From positions 434,001 through 498,000 of the forward strand of contig AP026172.1 of assembly GCA_030295235.1 (NCBI GenBank): a stretch of DNA of 64,000 nt, read 5' to 3'. This document shows positions 46,401-58,706 of this stretch, piece by piece (position 1 is the stretch's first letter; every line of letters begins with the position of its first letter). A program made the position numbers and the translations under genes. The notes under the pieces were generated by a model. The model was not told where the DNA came from and ran no database searches. It was given only the letters and a program-made list of their open reading frames with translations. The stretch is from Fistulifera solaris (taxonomy: Eukaryota).

Positions 46401-49400
46401 TGTCATTTCCGAGTTTGCTTTTTGTGCATACTTGAAAACGTCTGTCTGGACACGTTGCATTGTAGCCTGAGAACAGTGCGTTTGCGATGCCCTCTCAGAG
46501 GATACGTCAAACGAGAGAGTGGACGACACAGGAGGCATACCGACTTGCATTCTTGACAGATAACAAACAAATTTTTCGAGTTGAATTGGTGCCAGCGGCT
46601 TCGATGCAAATGCCTGGAGTTGTTTAAACGGAATATTAACCGCAGCGCAGTTCTGTACATCCAAATAAAATTTTTCTTGCGAATAGTCAGATATGCGCGG
46701 TACCACCCACAACCGGTGTGAAGAAAAGGATTCAGGTCGACTTAATATCATGGCGGAACGAGGTAGTGATTCCGGGTAGATACTTGTGTTCTTTATCATA
46801 GCCCGAACACCTTCCTGGTTTAGAAAGGTGTGCAATTCCCCAATCAGCCTAGTGACTGAGTCCTTGCCGGCAAACATCCCTTTCAGTTTACTCATTCCAC
46901 TATCAGGCTGAAACTTTGGAATCGATGGATGCGATGCTACCGGCGGATTTTCGGCAAGTATTCTTAGAATTGACATCTCAGCGGAAAGCGTTTTGTAATC
47001 CGACGGCGGGATGAGCCTAAAAGAATTCGACCCCAATTGTGTGGTCTATCAGCGGGATGAAGCTTAAACTTCACAGTGTTTGTAAGCAAGTCATATAGGA
47101 GAGGGAAGCCATATCTAGATGATGCCATTTCCACCCCAGACGATACTGCATTATTTATAAACTCGAGCGCCTTAAGCCCCCCGTATGCTACATCGTCCTG
47201 AAGTCAACAAAGAAGGTGAACAATGGCAAAGCATATCAGCAAAAAACTGTTCCAACAGACTTACCTCCTCTGGTCTACTATACGCTGCCCCAAATAGTTT
47301 CGCCGATACCATTGTCTTCTTCGGATTTTCGATGATTGTGAAGTCTGCACCAAAGTCAAAATTTTCTACCAGTGGGGGCTTTTCTTTGCCCAACTGTACG
47401 GTGAGCGTTTTGTCCTTAGGCAATGACGAGAGGCTGGAAACCGCTCCCACAAAGGCCTTACGATTAAGAAGTCTGAGCGAAAGTCGATCCTTACTTTCGG
47501 GTGTACAAAGCTGAAGAAGAAGCAATTCCTCTTCGGTTGTCAATCTACACGCCGAAGATACATATCCGTGTTTCTTCACATAAGCCTCCATTTCCTCTGA
47601 GATGCTCCATGGACACTTCATTGTTGATTCCGAACCCAGTCCTACCGTCACAACCGACAACTTCAACCTACAAGCATGAGCATCTGGGTGAAAGTCATTG
47701 CCAAGAAATTCAAGCTGATTGAAGATTTGTTGCTAGAACCAAAAAGCGTGAGCTACCTATAGCCACAGAGATACAATTTCTAGTTTCAAGCAAGCAATTG
47801 ATTAGGGACTCACCTCTTCTGCGTTAAGCTCTTCACTAACACACGACTCGACCATTTTGAACACCTCCGCATACAATCCGGTGATAAAGTACATAAGCAT
47901 CAAATAGAGGGAGGACGCCAGAGAGGGGGTAACAAGAAAAGACTGCGAATTGTGAATTGGATAAAGGTAAGATCGTACCTCCCCAATGTTGTTGTTCCAG
48001 TCTTTGTTGCGCCTGTCAAGAATGACTTGCACAGAAAGATGAGAGCCATCTACATGGAGGCGCCGCGGTAGAGCACAGCTTGGCATCAAAACGAAAAGAT
48101 CATTGTCCGAATTTTGAAGAACGATGTAATGAGCAATCGTACCAAGCAAACGCTCCGAAATTTCACGCGCTTCGGTCGACGTGGCTATGAACAGCCCGTC
48201 ATAATCATTACTGTAAAGACGCTGCTCTATTTGCCCGTCAACCACTTCCTCAGTCTTGGCTTTGAATGACAGATTTACTCGAGGTAGTTCAATCAAATCG
48301 ATTGAACCGGGATCGTGTGGGGTTTTTAGCTCTTCTTTACTCCAAACAAGAACATGAGCAAGGTTATCGAGTCGCGAGAGAAGCATGCCGACTCGTTTCA
48401 ATAACGAAGAAGGAGGCGCGGTAAGAATATTCAGTAACGTGTGAGAAACTCGACTTTTATCAAGCTGCTGAAGTGAATGATCAAATCCAAGCACAGGAAT
48501 ACGCTGGATGAGAGCTTCTGCGGCTGAATTACAGTAGCCTGTCTCGTCGAATTCGGAGCCCTTGGAAAGGATGATGCGCAATCTAGTCGACGGCGTGTTT
48601 TCGTCTATTGGTGGCTTTTCTACGTCATCCTCGCTTCTTGTAGGCTCTTTTTCATACCCGATTATGTTGTCGTCTTCGCTTTGCCAAAGTGATACTTCGC
48701 GACAAGCGCCGAAGGAAGTAAACCCGCTAGAAACCTGGGAGGAACGTAAGTCTGCAATCCCAACTCAGAATTCAATGCTCGAGTCACAAGTAGAGATGGT
48801 CCGGGTTCGACTGTCGTCATCGGAACACCCGCGGATAGGGATAATATCCCGCCCACTCGATCAGGATATGGTTCGCCCTTCACTTCATGCAGACACATGG
48901 AGATATTAGATGAGTATTCAAGAACACGCATGTGCCTTCTTCCATGCTCAACAACATTGAATACAGCCAAGACAGGAGGATGCTGCCAAACAACAACTTC
49001 CTTCAAAGTGTGACTACCTGGCGCTCCGTCGGCTGCTTTGTTGTTCTTCATCCAACCACTCAATACGACGAACGCTTCATCGGCTTGATTTTTCGAACTC
49101 ATGTACAAAGTCGTTTCCGGTAGAATTAGCGGCAGCTTGTCCTTGAGTATATCAGCTATCCACATTTCATCTTTGTGAAGATTATTTGGGAATTTCCGGG
49201 AGAGACGTGGGTCTACAAACCCCTTTATGTCGTAATAATTTCGACTGTCAGGGCCCCATGATAAGACGTCGTATCTTCGTCCCACAAGTCGCCACCAGTA
49301 CCGATTGGTCGTGTGAACAACCTCTGCACATGCAACGTCCGACGCATCTTTCAGAGCTGTGCTCCTTGTCGCTCTAAAGTCACGGTCTTCAATGATATGG

Positions 49401-52400
49401 GGATCAAGAAGTGACATTTTATGATTTTGCAAAGTGAAGTCACTGAGTTGGACATTCACTTCAATACCTACAGCCTTCGTCGTGACGTATAGCATCCATT
49501 CTTCGTACGTTTGACCTTCTTTCGGGATACGGTAGCTACCATCTCGTAAATTCTTATCTTCAGTGTCTGGTACAAAGCGGCCATAACAAGTTTGGTGCTG
49601 GATACTCTGCCAGTGGCGATTCTCCTCAGTGCTTTCTTCTCTTGTACCGGTACCCGTTGCTATGCGCACAACCGCTTCCATAGCCCGATCACCTTCTTTA
49701 GGATGCTCTCGAACAAATCGTAGAATGTTGTATCGATGAGATTGAATACAATCGAAAATTTCTGATTGGGCGATCTGAATCGAAGGAGGTGGCTGTGTTG
49801 GGTTCGCTGTATCTTGCAAATCATCATAGACTTTACTGCTAAAACGATGATTGATAGTAAGATAAACCTGCGACGACATGATGATAGACACGGCTCTGTA
49901 GTCGAGGTCATCATAATCATAATTCTTGAATAGGTACAATAGATGAGCGTGAGTGAGGCATCCGGTGGTCACGTCTTTGGACCGTGATGGATCAATCCAA
50001 TATTCGAGAGTTGGAATCGCCTGCGCATCAAGAACCCCACGCAACTTTACTAGAGCATTATCCACCTTGATGTTGTCCAAGGACTCTAACCCACGAGGAC
50101 GCGGCTGGCCGGGGATGCACTTTCTCAGAGCATATTTCAGGTACCCCTCAAGTCGAACAGCCAGTCGAATCGCATACAAAATCAATGGTCCACTTGCACT
50201 CTTCTTAGTATAACGTCCAACATCCATATCCAGCGCTCGTTCTAATATTTTGATGACACAAGCAATCAGAACGTCAGGCGACTTGGCAATTTCATTGAAC
50301 AGAGTACCATGAGGTGTCGCAAGAAGAGCCTCAAGACGATCGATATCAATAATAGGAACCTCATTGATAAAGTCAGCAAAGTCTGCTGGTTTCCATCGTC
50401 CAGGTTCAAACAGTGCTGCATCCACGATGAGCTGGAGTGACTTAGTTTTCAAAGCAGACAATCTTGACGGATCTCCGTTCGCAAAAAAGTCTAAAATCAA
50501 AGGAATGCGAATGTACGGCACCGTCAAGAATTGCACGAATCGTTCAGAGTCAGATGGTGTCAAAACGTTGCCAAAAGTGGGAAGCTCTTTCGTTTCCAGA
50601 TGTAACACATCATCCTCCGTGACCACTGAAACGGGCTTTGACCTGAAAAAGTATGATAACATGGTGAGAATCATTTAATAATAAACCAAAAGGACACCGA
50701 ACACTCTACACGTGCTTACCGCTTGGTCAAAAACTTCTCTCCACAAGAATTAACAACCGTCGTGGCATCGGCGGATGATAATCGCGATCGTTCGATCTTC
50801 GACTTTGCTGAAAAAGGGCGAGAAATCCTTTGAAGGCCGACGATTTTTTCGTAGGCTCTTGCTGTGCAATTCGTTCAACGAACTGCTGGTCGTGACCTCG
50901 AAAAGCAGTGACATGGTAGGAGAACAAGGGGTTGTCTTTCTCTTTTTCGTTTCTCTTTACTTGCCAGTGAAGCGTAGCATCAGATGGTAGCCATGTGTGT
51001 GTTTCTGGAACGTCCGGAGTTTGATCTTTACCTGATACAGCGTGCTTGAAATGGAAAACTATATCCCGGAAATACTCGAACTCAGGCAGGACCTCGATCA
51101 GTGACCCATTTGAACCTCCAATCAATCGAGCAGCATGGTTTGTCATTTCTTCGTCAGTGCGTGAATGAGGGCGTTGCATCGCTAGCTGAATAGAGAGCTG
51201 ATCAATCAAAGCAACATCACCCTTCATTGGAGAAAGGCTTTTGTCGAAATTAAAAATTGTATTACGGAAGGTACCATCGCGTCTCAAACTCGAATTCCTC
51301 AAATAATCTAGACACTGGTATCGAAGCGAACAAACATTCGGATCGTAAATGGGAAGATTTGACCCCAGTGTGTCGTACGCTCCAGCTTCAATTGCGAAGG
51401 GCTCGGTAGGGCCTTCACATAGACCCGAATAATGCAAAGCAAAAGTACTGGGATCGTCCACAGCCACTGCGCGACAGATGGCGTCGGCGACACAAGCTGC
51501 TGCAGCAAAAGCGGTGGAACGGATGGCGATCAAACCTCTGGATTGCTGGACGCACGCTGTGGCCGCCGAATATATTCTGCAAAGTCTTCGGATAAGAAAA
51601 AGCAGGTTTAACTGAGTTTCTCGGCGCATTTCATTTCTTCGCCAAAAACAAAACTTCGGATCCAAATTGGGCATGGGCAACACCGTGGTCAAAGTATGCT
51701 GAGCAGCCGACGCTGCGAAGGCAGGAGCATTTTTATCAAGCTGCGTTGTTGAAGGAGCAAGCTACATGCATCTGCAACACGTTGCAAGTAGGAACCAGCA
51801 GTTGTGTAATCTTTGGCCACAGGAGGAAGGTGCTCATCCGTCAAAACTGCTGGAATCAAGATAGGATCAGGTCGAGGGTCTCCCATCAGACGCTTGACAA
51901 CTTCCTCATAATTGTCCCTTCGTAAACGACCAAAGAGCGGAAACGCAGCGGACCCGGCTCCAGTGCGCATCGAGACAATTTTACCTTTGGAGAAGTCGTC
52001 GGTCATGGCGGCCGGAGTCAGCCCGTGACTGTACTGATCCATTGGTTTTGCGGATGAAAAGTTAATCTTTTCAACAATTTGTCCAAAAGATCCCACGTAT
52101 CAGACAGTGACGCACCAAGACTTCCGTCCCCAACAGTATTGGGATGAATTGTCGATGCAAAGTTTGCGATGTTTCTTCCTGCCAGTTTCAAGATTCGAGT
52201 ATCTTCTGGATCCATGGAAGAGGGAGGAGCATGCTCAATTTCGTCATAGGCAAGTTGAACGGCAGCGTTCATCAAAAGCAGGGTAGCATACTTGGAGCTT
52301 CTGGTGCCGGTTGCGGGAGAACTCGTCAACGCTAATCTAGCCAAGGGATGGTACGACTGCGCCGATATTTCGTCGGGAACTTCCAAGTATTCCGAGGGAC

Positions 52401-54227
52401 CCTGATCCAAGTTGGAGAGTAGAGGACGCGAGTTTAAGGCCGGTAAAAGCTTGGTGTACAAGAAAGCCGCATTGTTTTTATGACTTGGATAAACTTGCAT
52501 ACGAAACAATAAGGTCCAGAAAGTAGAATCCATAATACGAACACTTGGGATGTCCCAGATGGTCATGGCAAGCTGTTTCAATTCACGACCAGTCTCTGGA
52601 TCAAAGCTAGCTGGATGGTACTGGAGGCCATCACGACCAGTGTTGCAAACGGTAAAGCTCCAGCGATTGTTCCCGCAGTTTCGGATGATATAGAGACATA
52701 AGTACGTGTAATCGGGCTGCTGCCAACCACCCGGTAACACGAGCTGTTGGTTGTCTTGGACCTGCTCCAAAAACGGCACAAAGACGTTGATGAAATTCAT
52801 AAAGAGCCCGTCCAAAGCAGCCCCGGAAGCACCAGCCGAGTGCGGAAGAAGACTAATAAGCTTAATACAAGCTTCACAAGCCATGTGGTTGTTGTGTAAG
52901 AACGCGATCGGATTCTTCCCCGCCCGCTTCTGAGCGGTCATAGCACACACATGACTGACAAAGCTCAAGGCCTTGGAAAGTTGCTGGTAATTCGCGGATC
53001 GGTCCGCCAATTTCTCTTTCGGTACCGGCTTTTGCTGGATATACGTGTTCAGATTCATCAAGGCCCAAAAGGTGGAACACGAAAGATCGGAGAGAAGGTG
53101 CGTTCCGGCAACTTGTTGCTTCCCACCAAGTATTCGTACGGATTGAACGAAGCCATCGATAACGAAGTATCGAGTTCCCCGCTCGTCGTTGAATGCAAAT
53201 GAAAACCACTCGTCCCCAAGCCCGTCGTCGTGTCCGACACACGAGCCTTGCGCGATTCTTCTCGTTCTTTTCGCATTTGCTCCTTTTGACGAGCTTCTTC
53301 TTGTTCGCGCAAGCGTCGTGCCTTGGCTTCTGCTTCCGGTGCGATCGCCGGAGCTTGGGACTGTCCGGTGCCTGCAAAGCTACTGACACTCGACACGGCC
53401 GTAGCCGCGGGACTTCGGGGCAGCGGATACTTGGTAGTATCTTCCGTTTTCGTCATGCTCGGTGCTTTCGCTACAACAGGGGTACCAGTCGACTTCACCG
53501 ACGACGTCAAAGGCGAACTGGATCGGCTACCCGCCGGCGTCGTCGTTTTGCTACTACTCGGCGATGCAATACCCAGGCGTGCCAAAGCCGCCTCCGCCGA
53601 AGACGGCGATGGAGCCGCCGGTAAGTTCGACTTGGGGGTATGGCTCACGGGGGTGGCCACCGAGTTCTGCGATCCACTGAACGTACTGGAAGGAGTCGTT
53701 GCGTTCATCGCGGAAGGGGTAGATACTTGTGGACCGGTAAAGGACATTCCGGATGTGGTGAGTGCCGGCATACTCGGCAAACCGGCCGAGCCAGACAAGT
53801 TGTTAGACGGAGCATTCAGTCCTTCCAAACCAGCAAAAGGGTCTTCGGGTTCGTAGCGAGGTTGCGGCATGGTAAATGATCCTGTAACGTTCGCCGGAGG
53901 AGCAAAGGATACTGGCGGGGGCTGAGCTCGTTGCGGATGTACCTGCGGAACCGCCGATGGGAACGAAGCTTGCTGCATACGTTGCTGCATGTTAGGAGGC
54001 ACAAAGGCCGGTGCCACCGGAGTCACGTAAGTAGGAGGGAACCATCCCTCCTTGTTGTTGTAGGATCCCCACCACCAGGCACCCTCCTGATTGGGCTTGG
54101 CGAGAATCGTAGCACCTGGTGGGAAAGAGAGTTGCGACTGGCGCGGATCACCTTGAAACAGGTGTTTCGATACGTACTGCGCGGGCTGCATTTTGGATCT
54201 TCGGCGGACCCGATCTTTGTTGCTCAA
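40456..54227 (-). CDS. Giant multidomain protein (~4,400-4,500 aa): SH3, unknown helical region, DUF3638/DUF3645 P-loop ATPase (SF2-like), EF-hand pair, Vps62-like C-terminus; at least 5 introns and several homopolymer frameshifts
   Basis: Contiguous same-strand ORFs join through introns 50643..50719, 47733..47813, 47198..47264, 45894..45957 and 42500..42570 plus single-base indels. Motifs: SH3 (QLSFPPG..WWWG...EGWFPPTYV), QMIMGAGKTTV, LLLDEVD, AVPFVGKDIPSRASQFSHPD, GFSGT, YDQIHTTGMD, QGAFRMRG, DRDRDGLL/DKDNDGFI, and W.PVPPGEEFVALG..LWDDSGS. Confidence 0.75.
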
Positions 54228-54884
54228 GTTTTAAAAGCAAATATGCAATCAACAATGCTTCAATGAAAGGAGAAAGTTATTCAATAACCGTTTACTTTCT
54301 TTGGATAAGAGGAGAAGGCAGAAACCTTTGACCCACGAAGCAAGAATGAAGACCAACGTTACCTGGTACTGGTAACGGACCTCGAAAAAGGGCATCATCG
54401 GTGGGAGGAACGTTCATCCTCCTAAAATCTTCATTCCGCACGCACTGTGAGCCGTGAGCCAGTGCCAGTCGACCTCCACTATACACATCAAAAGTGTAAG
54501 ACGTACGTCCTTCGTCCCTCCATGCAGCAAAGATCAACGGCATGAAGGCGATCGATCGGCGACGAAACTCTAAGCAGGAAACTTGCTTGCATATCAAACC
54601 ACTATCACTAGTGCCGCTCCAACGGTACTGCCATTTTTTGTAGGCAACCTTTCATTCATGTTTATTAGGGACTGGTCTTTTCTAAATTCATGTTTTCAAT
54701 AATTTATTCATCTCTAGCTTAAGCACTTTTCCACCTCTCACAAAAAAGCTGCCACAATTCATTCATTCCAAGCAAAGATTTGGCAATAGAAGGAACATGC
54801 ATGCTCATCACAAGACACTCTTGACTAGAGAAAATAGAATCAATAAACAAACAGAAACATAATTTACTGAGCTTCAAGCGTAGA

Positions 54885-55883
54885 TTACATCAAAGGTTCG
54901 CCATCATCATTGCTGTGGCGAGCCTCCTCGGGAGGATTCTCTGAATCATCTCCCCTATCTTGCTTTGAAACCTTGACAGCAACTCGCCTCATCCGCCTGC
55001 AAAGTTCCGGACGATCCTTGACAAAAAGTTCATGGAAATAACCACCGCGGGCCGGACCGGCATTGATCAACTCGAATCCGTATAAATTGAGCTGCCTCTT
55101 GAAGGAGCTTAATCGACTCTGACGAAAATACAACGGCACAATATCCTTAAAGAAGCTATCGGAATTGTGAATGGCAAACGCGCGACCGCCGGCAATGAAC
55201 GAAATCACATCGGATCGACCGGCTGCTTCGACTTCCCGCAACAAACGGTGTAATTTCTCTGGAAACGGCTCAATGACACCGCCTCGCAATCGTCGATTGG
55301 TATCGCGATGAAAGAGTGCGTGCGAAGAGCCGAGGTCGGACTGCTGCAAAAAGTTCGGATTCATACTGCTCGAATTGCTCATTGGATTCATGAAAAGACG
55401 AGAATCTTGGATGAAACCTGGCTGCAACATCTGATTGACACCCCCAGTCACCATACCTTGCGATAGGGACGTGTCGAAGCGAGGGTTCGGCGACTTCTGT
55501 TCGAACATGGATTGCAATAAGGAAGCATCGTTGGTATTGCGTTGACTTCCTTGCATCAGCAAAGCATTTCCAACAACACCTGTAGAATTCATCTGATGTA
55601 GTTGCTGCAAACGTTTAATTTCGTTCGAAATGTTTAAACTCGTTTGTTGCTCACTCGAATTCATGTTCCCCTGTGTCGGCATCATTTGTGACTGGGAATT
55701 GTTCATTTGCATTTGAAATTGTTGTTGCTGGAGCATGGAAGCGATCGCATTGGTGTCCAGCGGCTGTCCGGCCTGACTTGATGATGGAGGCCGAAATGAA
55801 TTCTGATTGTTCATACGATCAAAACTAGCGAAACCGTTGCCGTTGTTGCCATCCATCGAGAAAAAAGACTCTTGCATCGTCAT
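54885..55883 (-). CDS. Heat shock factor (HSF-type DNA-binding domain) transcription factor
   Basis: FPEKLHRLL...VISF...GRAFAIH...F...VPLYFRQSRLSSFKRQLNLYGF...YFHELFVKDRPELC, with a Q/N/S-rich N-terminus. Confidence 0.9.
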   Translation of the reverse strand: MTMQESFFSMDGNNGNGFASFDRMNNQNSFRPPSSSQAGQPLDTNAIASMLQQQQFQMQMNNSQSQMMPTQGNMNSSEQQTSLNISNEIKRLQQLHQMNSTGVVGNALLMQGSQRNTNDASLLQSMFEQKSPNPRFDTSLSQGMVTGGVNQMLQPGFIQDSRLFMNPMSNSSSMNPNFLQQSDLGSSHALFHRDTNRRLRGGVIEPFPEKLHRLLREVEAAGRSDVISFIAGGRAFAIHNSDSFFKDIVPLYFRQSRLSSFKRQLNLYGFELINAGPARGGYFHELFVKDRPELCRRMRRVAVKVSKQDRGDDSENPPEEARHSNDDGEPLM

Positions 55884-56731
55884 TCAGAACGATAGTATCG
55901 TATTGAGGAACACGGGAATGCAATGGATGCACTGAAAAGATGGTAATAAGTGAGTTTGAAAGTTGAGGGATTAGGAGATTGTAGAACAAGGGAATGCAAA
56001 CGTTGCCAAGATAAGATTGATTTTATTAGACAGCCATTCGAAGTTCCTTCGCAATGCTGCGTTTTCAACTTTCGAAGGCGCTAATGCGAACACGAGAGAA
56101 CAGTGATAAAGAATATTCTATGGCCTGCATTACTTTTGTACTAAGAGCCACGTAAACAATACGAACGGCATACGATTGGATTCTATTCTGGCCAATAATT
56201 TCTTGTTCTCTGTTCGCTGCTCGACCTTCTTCGCAATTCCATGTGCTTTTCATTTGGCGGTACTGTCATTCGTCCTTGACTACATAACAATTGACTGTGT
56301 TCATGCATCGTGAAGAATTATTTAGCCGTAAGTAGAACTAGACAATTACTAAACAATCATAAGGGCACTGATAATAGCTGTTCTTCACGCTTCTCCAACT
56401 TGAAGTCGGGGATTCATTACAGTTGATTGACAGAGGAGTGAAGTTGTGAAAATTCTACCGTGGAATACGTGAGCTCGACATTTTCGATTTTTGTGCATTC
56501 GTCTGATCGGCAGCCGCAAAACTAGGGTGGAAAATCATCATTGATCCATTTTCCTACCAATTAGTCTACCTATTGTTACCTAATCCAGCAATATGCCAAA
56601 GCAAAGCTAGCTCAATATCTGCTTGAAGAGAGAGACTGAATCCGCTCTCTCGGAAACTCAGCTGTCTTTTCAATATAAAAATCAAATTAAGGGGCGAACG
56701 AAGTGGAGCCACATCCGGGATATCAGTACGC

Positions 56732-57582
56732 TTATTTCGATTCAAGGGACATGCAATTATAAACCAAAACAGGACCATTGGCATATTGTTTGGCAAACTC
56801 CAGGCCCGATTGGGTCGGACTGGAAAATGCCGTTTTTTGAACGGGTACGACCATACCAAAGACCCTGTGCTTGCGCGCCGCCGTCACCAAACACGACGCG
56901 AATCCCTTTCGTCGAAACTTGGAATGCACCCATAATAAAAAAACTCCCATGACCGCTTCACGACGCTCGGATGGATGGACGGTAAACGCTTCCTCAATGG
57001 TTTCGGCCACGACGAGTCCCACGACACGGTTCCTGACGATATAGAGGTAGGCCGTTTGTTGTGGCGTGAGGAGAGAATCATCCTGACTCGTAACAAAACT
57101 CAATTCTCGTTTTACCACATCGAGAACTGCAGCTAATTTGTTACGAAGATTCCGACTATCGGTCTGCCGTATCTTAAGAGCAATGACAAAAATGATGGTG
57201 AGTTCCATTATTACAAAGTATGTACACGAATCCAGAGCCTTAAGAAGATACGTACTTCCAGAATACATTCGTCCGGCGATATCTTGTTCACCAGGCGCAT
57301 CGCGGGCGTCGGCGTCAGTCTCACGCCGTGTTGAAACGCGTGACACATTTGAGCGTGCGCCATCCCATCTTCTTCTACACCGGGCACGTACATCATCCCG
57401 CACGTAGGACAAAGGACCGGTTTCCCAAAATCCCGTTGCCCCAAATCCAAGTACAGTTGTTCAAGTTTTCGTTTCTTCGGAACTGTTGTTTGCAATGGTT
57501 TGGAAGGGCGTTGGCGAACGCCAAAATAGTGGCAGATGGACAATTGCGTGTCTTTCTTTTCCTTTAAAATACACGATGTCAT
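56732..57582 (-). CDS. ECO1: Cohesin acetyltransferase Eco1/ESCO; intron 57173..57255
   Basis: Zinc finger QLYLDLGQ..F....CPTCGMMY.PG..ED...H...C, and GNAT domain GVFLLWVHSKFRRKGFAS.L...AFSSPTQSGLEFA. Confidence 0.88.
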
Positions 57583-58132
57583 TTTATATTATCAAAATAA
57601 TGATGATGCTTCACCTTCGAGAAAACTACAGATTGACTACAAAGTAGTTCGCGAATAATCAAGTTGAATGTCGTCTCTTGCCTCATCACTCATCACTCAT
57701 TTCTCATTTTTTATCGTTGTGCCTGAAAAAGCGGAGAAATCGAGAGAGGAGCGACGGGCGTGGAAGACGGTTCATAACTATTAAAATGACTGGTACTGAT
57801 CCTACGTAGAGTTGGTCACTTAGAAAACATCTCGATACAAAATAGTGCCGAGCCTTTTCCATCCAAAATGGGCGCGATGATTGTCGTCCGTTTCTTTCTT
57901 TGGTTTCGTTTCCCATTTACATATTGTTTGGATAAAAAGGACACGATACACTCACATCTCTCTTTACTCACTCGTTCAACACCAGTCCTTCTCATACATA
58001 ACACAATTCATTAGAGAACAAGAGCCCATGCTGTGTTTCCTTCGTCGGACCCCCCTACTAGCAAATCGAGTAAAGGAGGAGTAGCACTTCGAAACGCATT
58101 CCCACACACAACTACACTCTCTCTTCTAAATC

Positions 58133-58612
58133 ATGACCTCACACTTACGAGAACGCGAATGGCCCGTCCGTGTTTTTCGTCAAACTCCCGAAGGTAGTTG
58201 GGAACGATTGCGCGTTCCACGAGTGCGTGCGATCCCCCGTACAGGTTGTTTGGTCATGCCGCGCTTGCAAATTCGCATCAAAATTGATCCCCATACAACG
58301 GTCCTCCGTCGTCGACGGTGTCTCTTAATTTATTCCCAACAACAACGGGTGCGTGTGTTGGTGTTGCAATTCAAAGACTTGCAACAGTGTTTGCACTTCA
58401 CCGATGAATGGTGGAGTCTCAATCCGTCTACCTCCGTCTCGTTGGTTGAACAATCCTTGGAAGAACCGGAAGTTCAGCAGTACTTGTTTCGACTGTTGCA
58501 CGATCCGGCGTTTGTGCAATTTTGTCGGAAATTGTCCACCCATCTGCGATCGCAGCCGGATTATGTAGCGGCGTTAGAAGCGTTTGACGATGACGCAGAT
58601 GCAGAAGAATGA
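58133..58612 (+). CDS. Putative REC114/PHS1-like meiotic recombination protein
   Basis: 159-aa ORF with EWPV...SW...VLRRRRCLLIY...RVLVLQF..C..F and a C-terminal YLFRLLHDPAFVQFCRKL. These resemble REC114 N-terminal PH-fold and C-terminal helical motifs as recalled; not searched. Confidence 0.55.
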   Translation: MTSHLREREWPVRVFRQTPEGSWERLRVPRVRAIPRTGCLVMPRLQIRIKIDPHTTVLRRRRCLLIYSQQQRVRVLVLQFKDLQQCLHFTDEWWSLNPSTSVSLVEQSLEEPEVQQYLFRLLHDPAFVQFCRKLSTHLRSQPDYVAALEAFDDDADAEE

Positions 58613-58706
58613 ATAGATCACAATAGAAAAATGGATAAAATACAAAAAGTAAATATCACATTCATAAATTATCATTTACTTTGTAGTAATAATAATAGTA
58701 GTAGAT

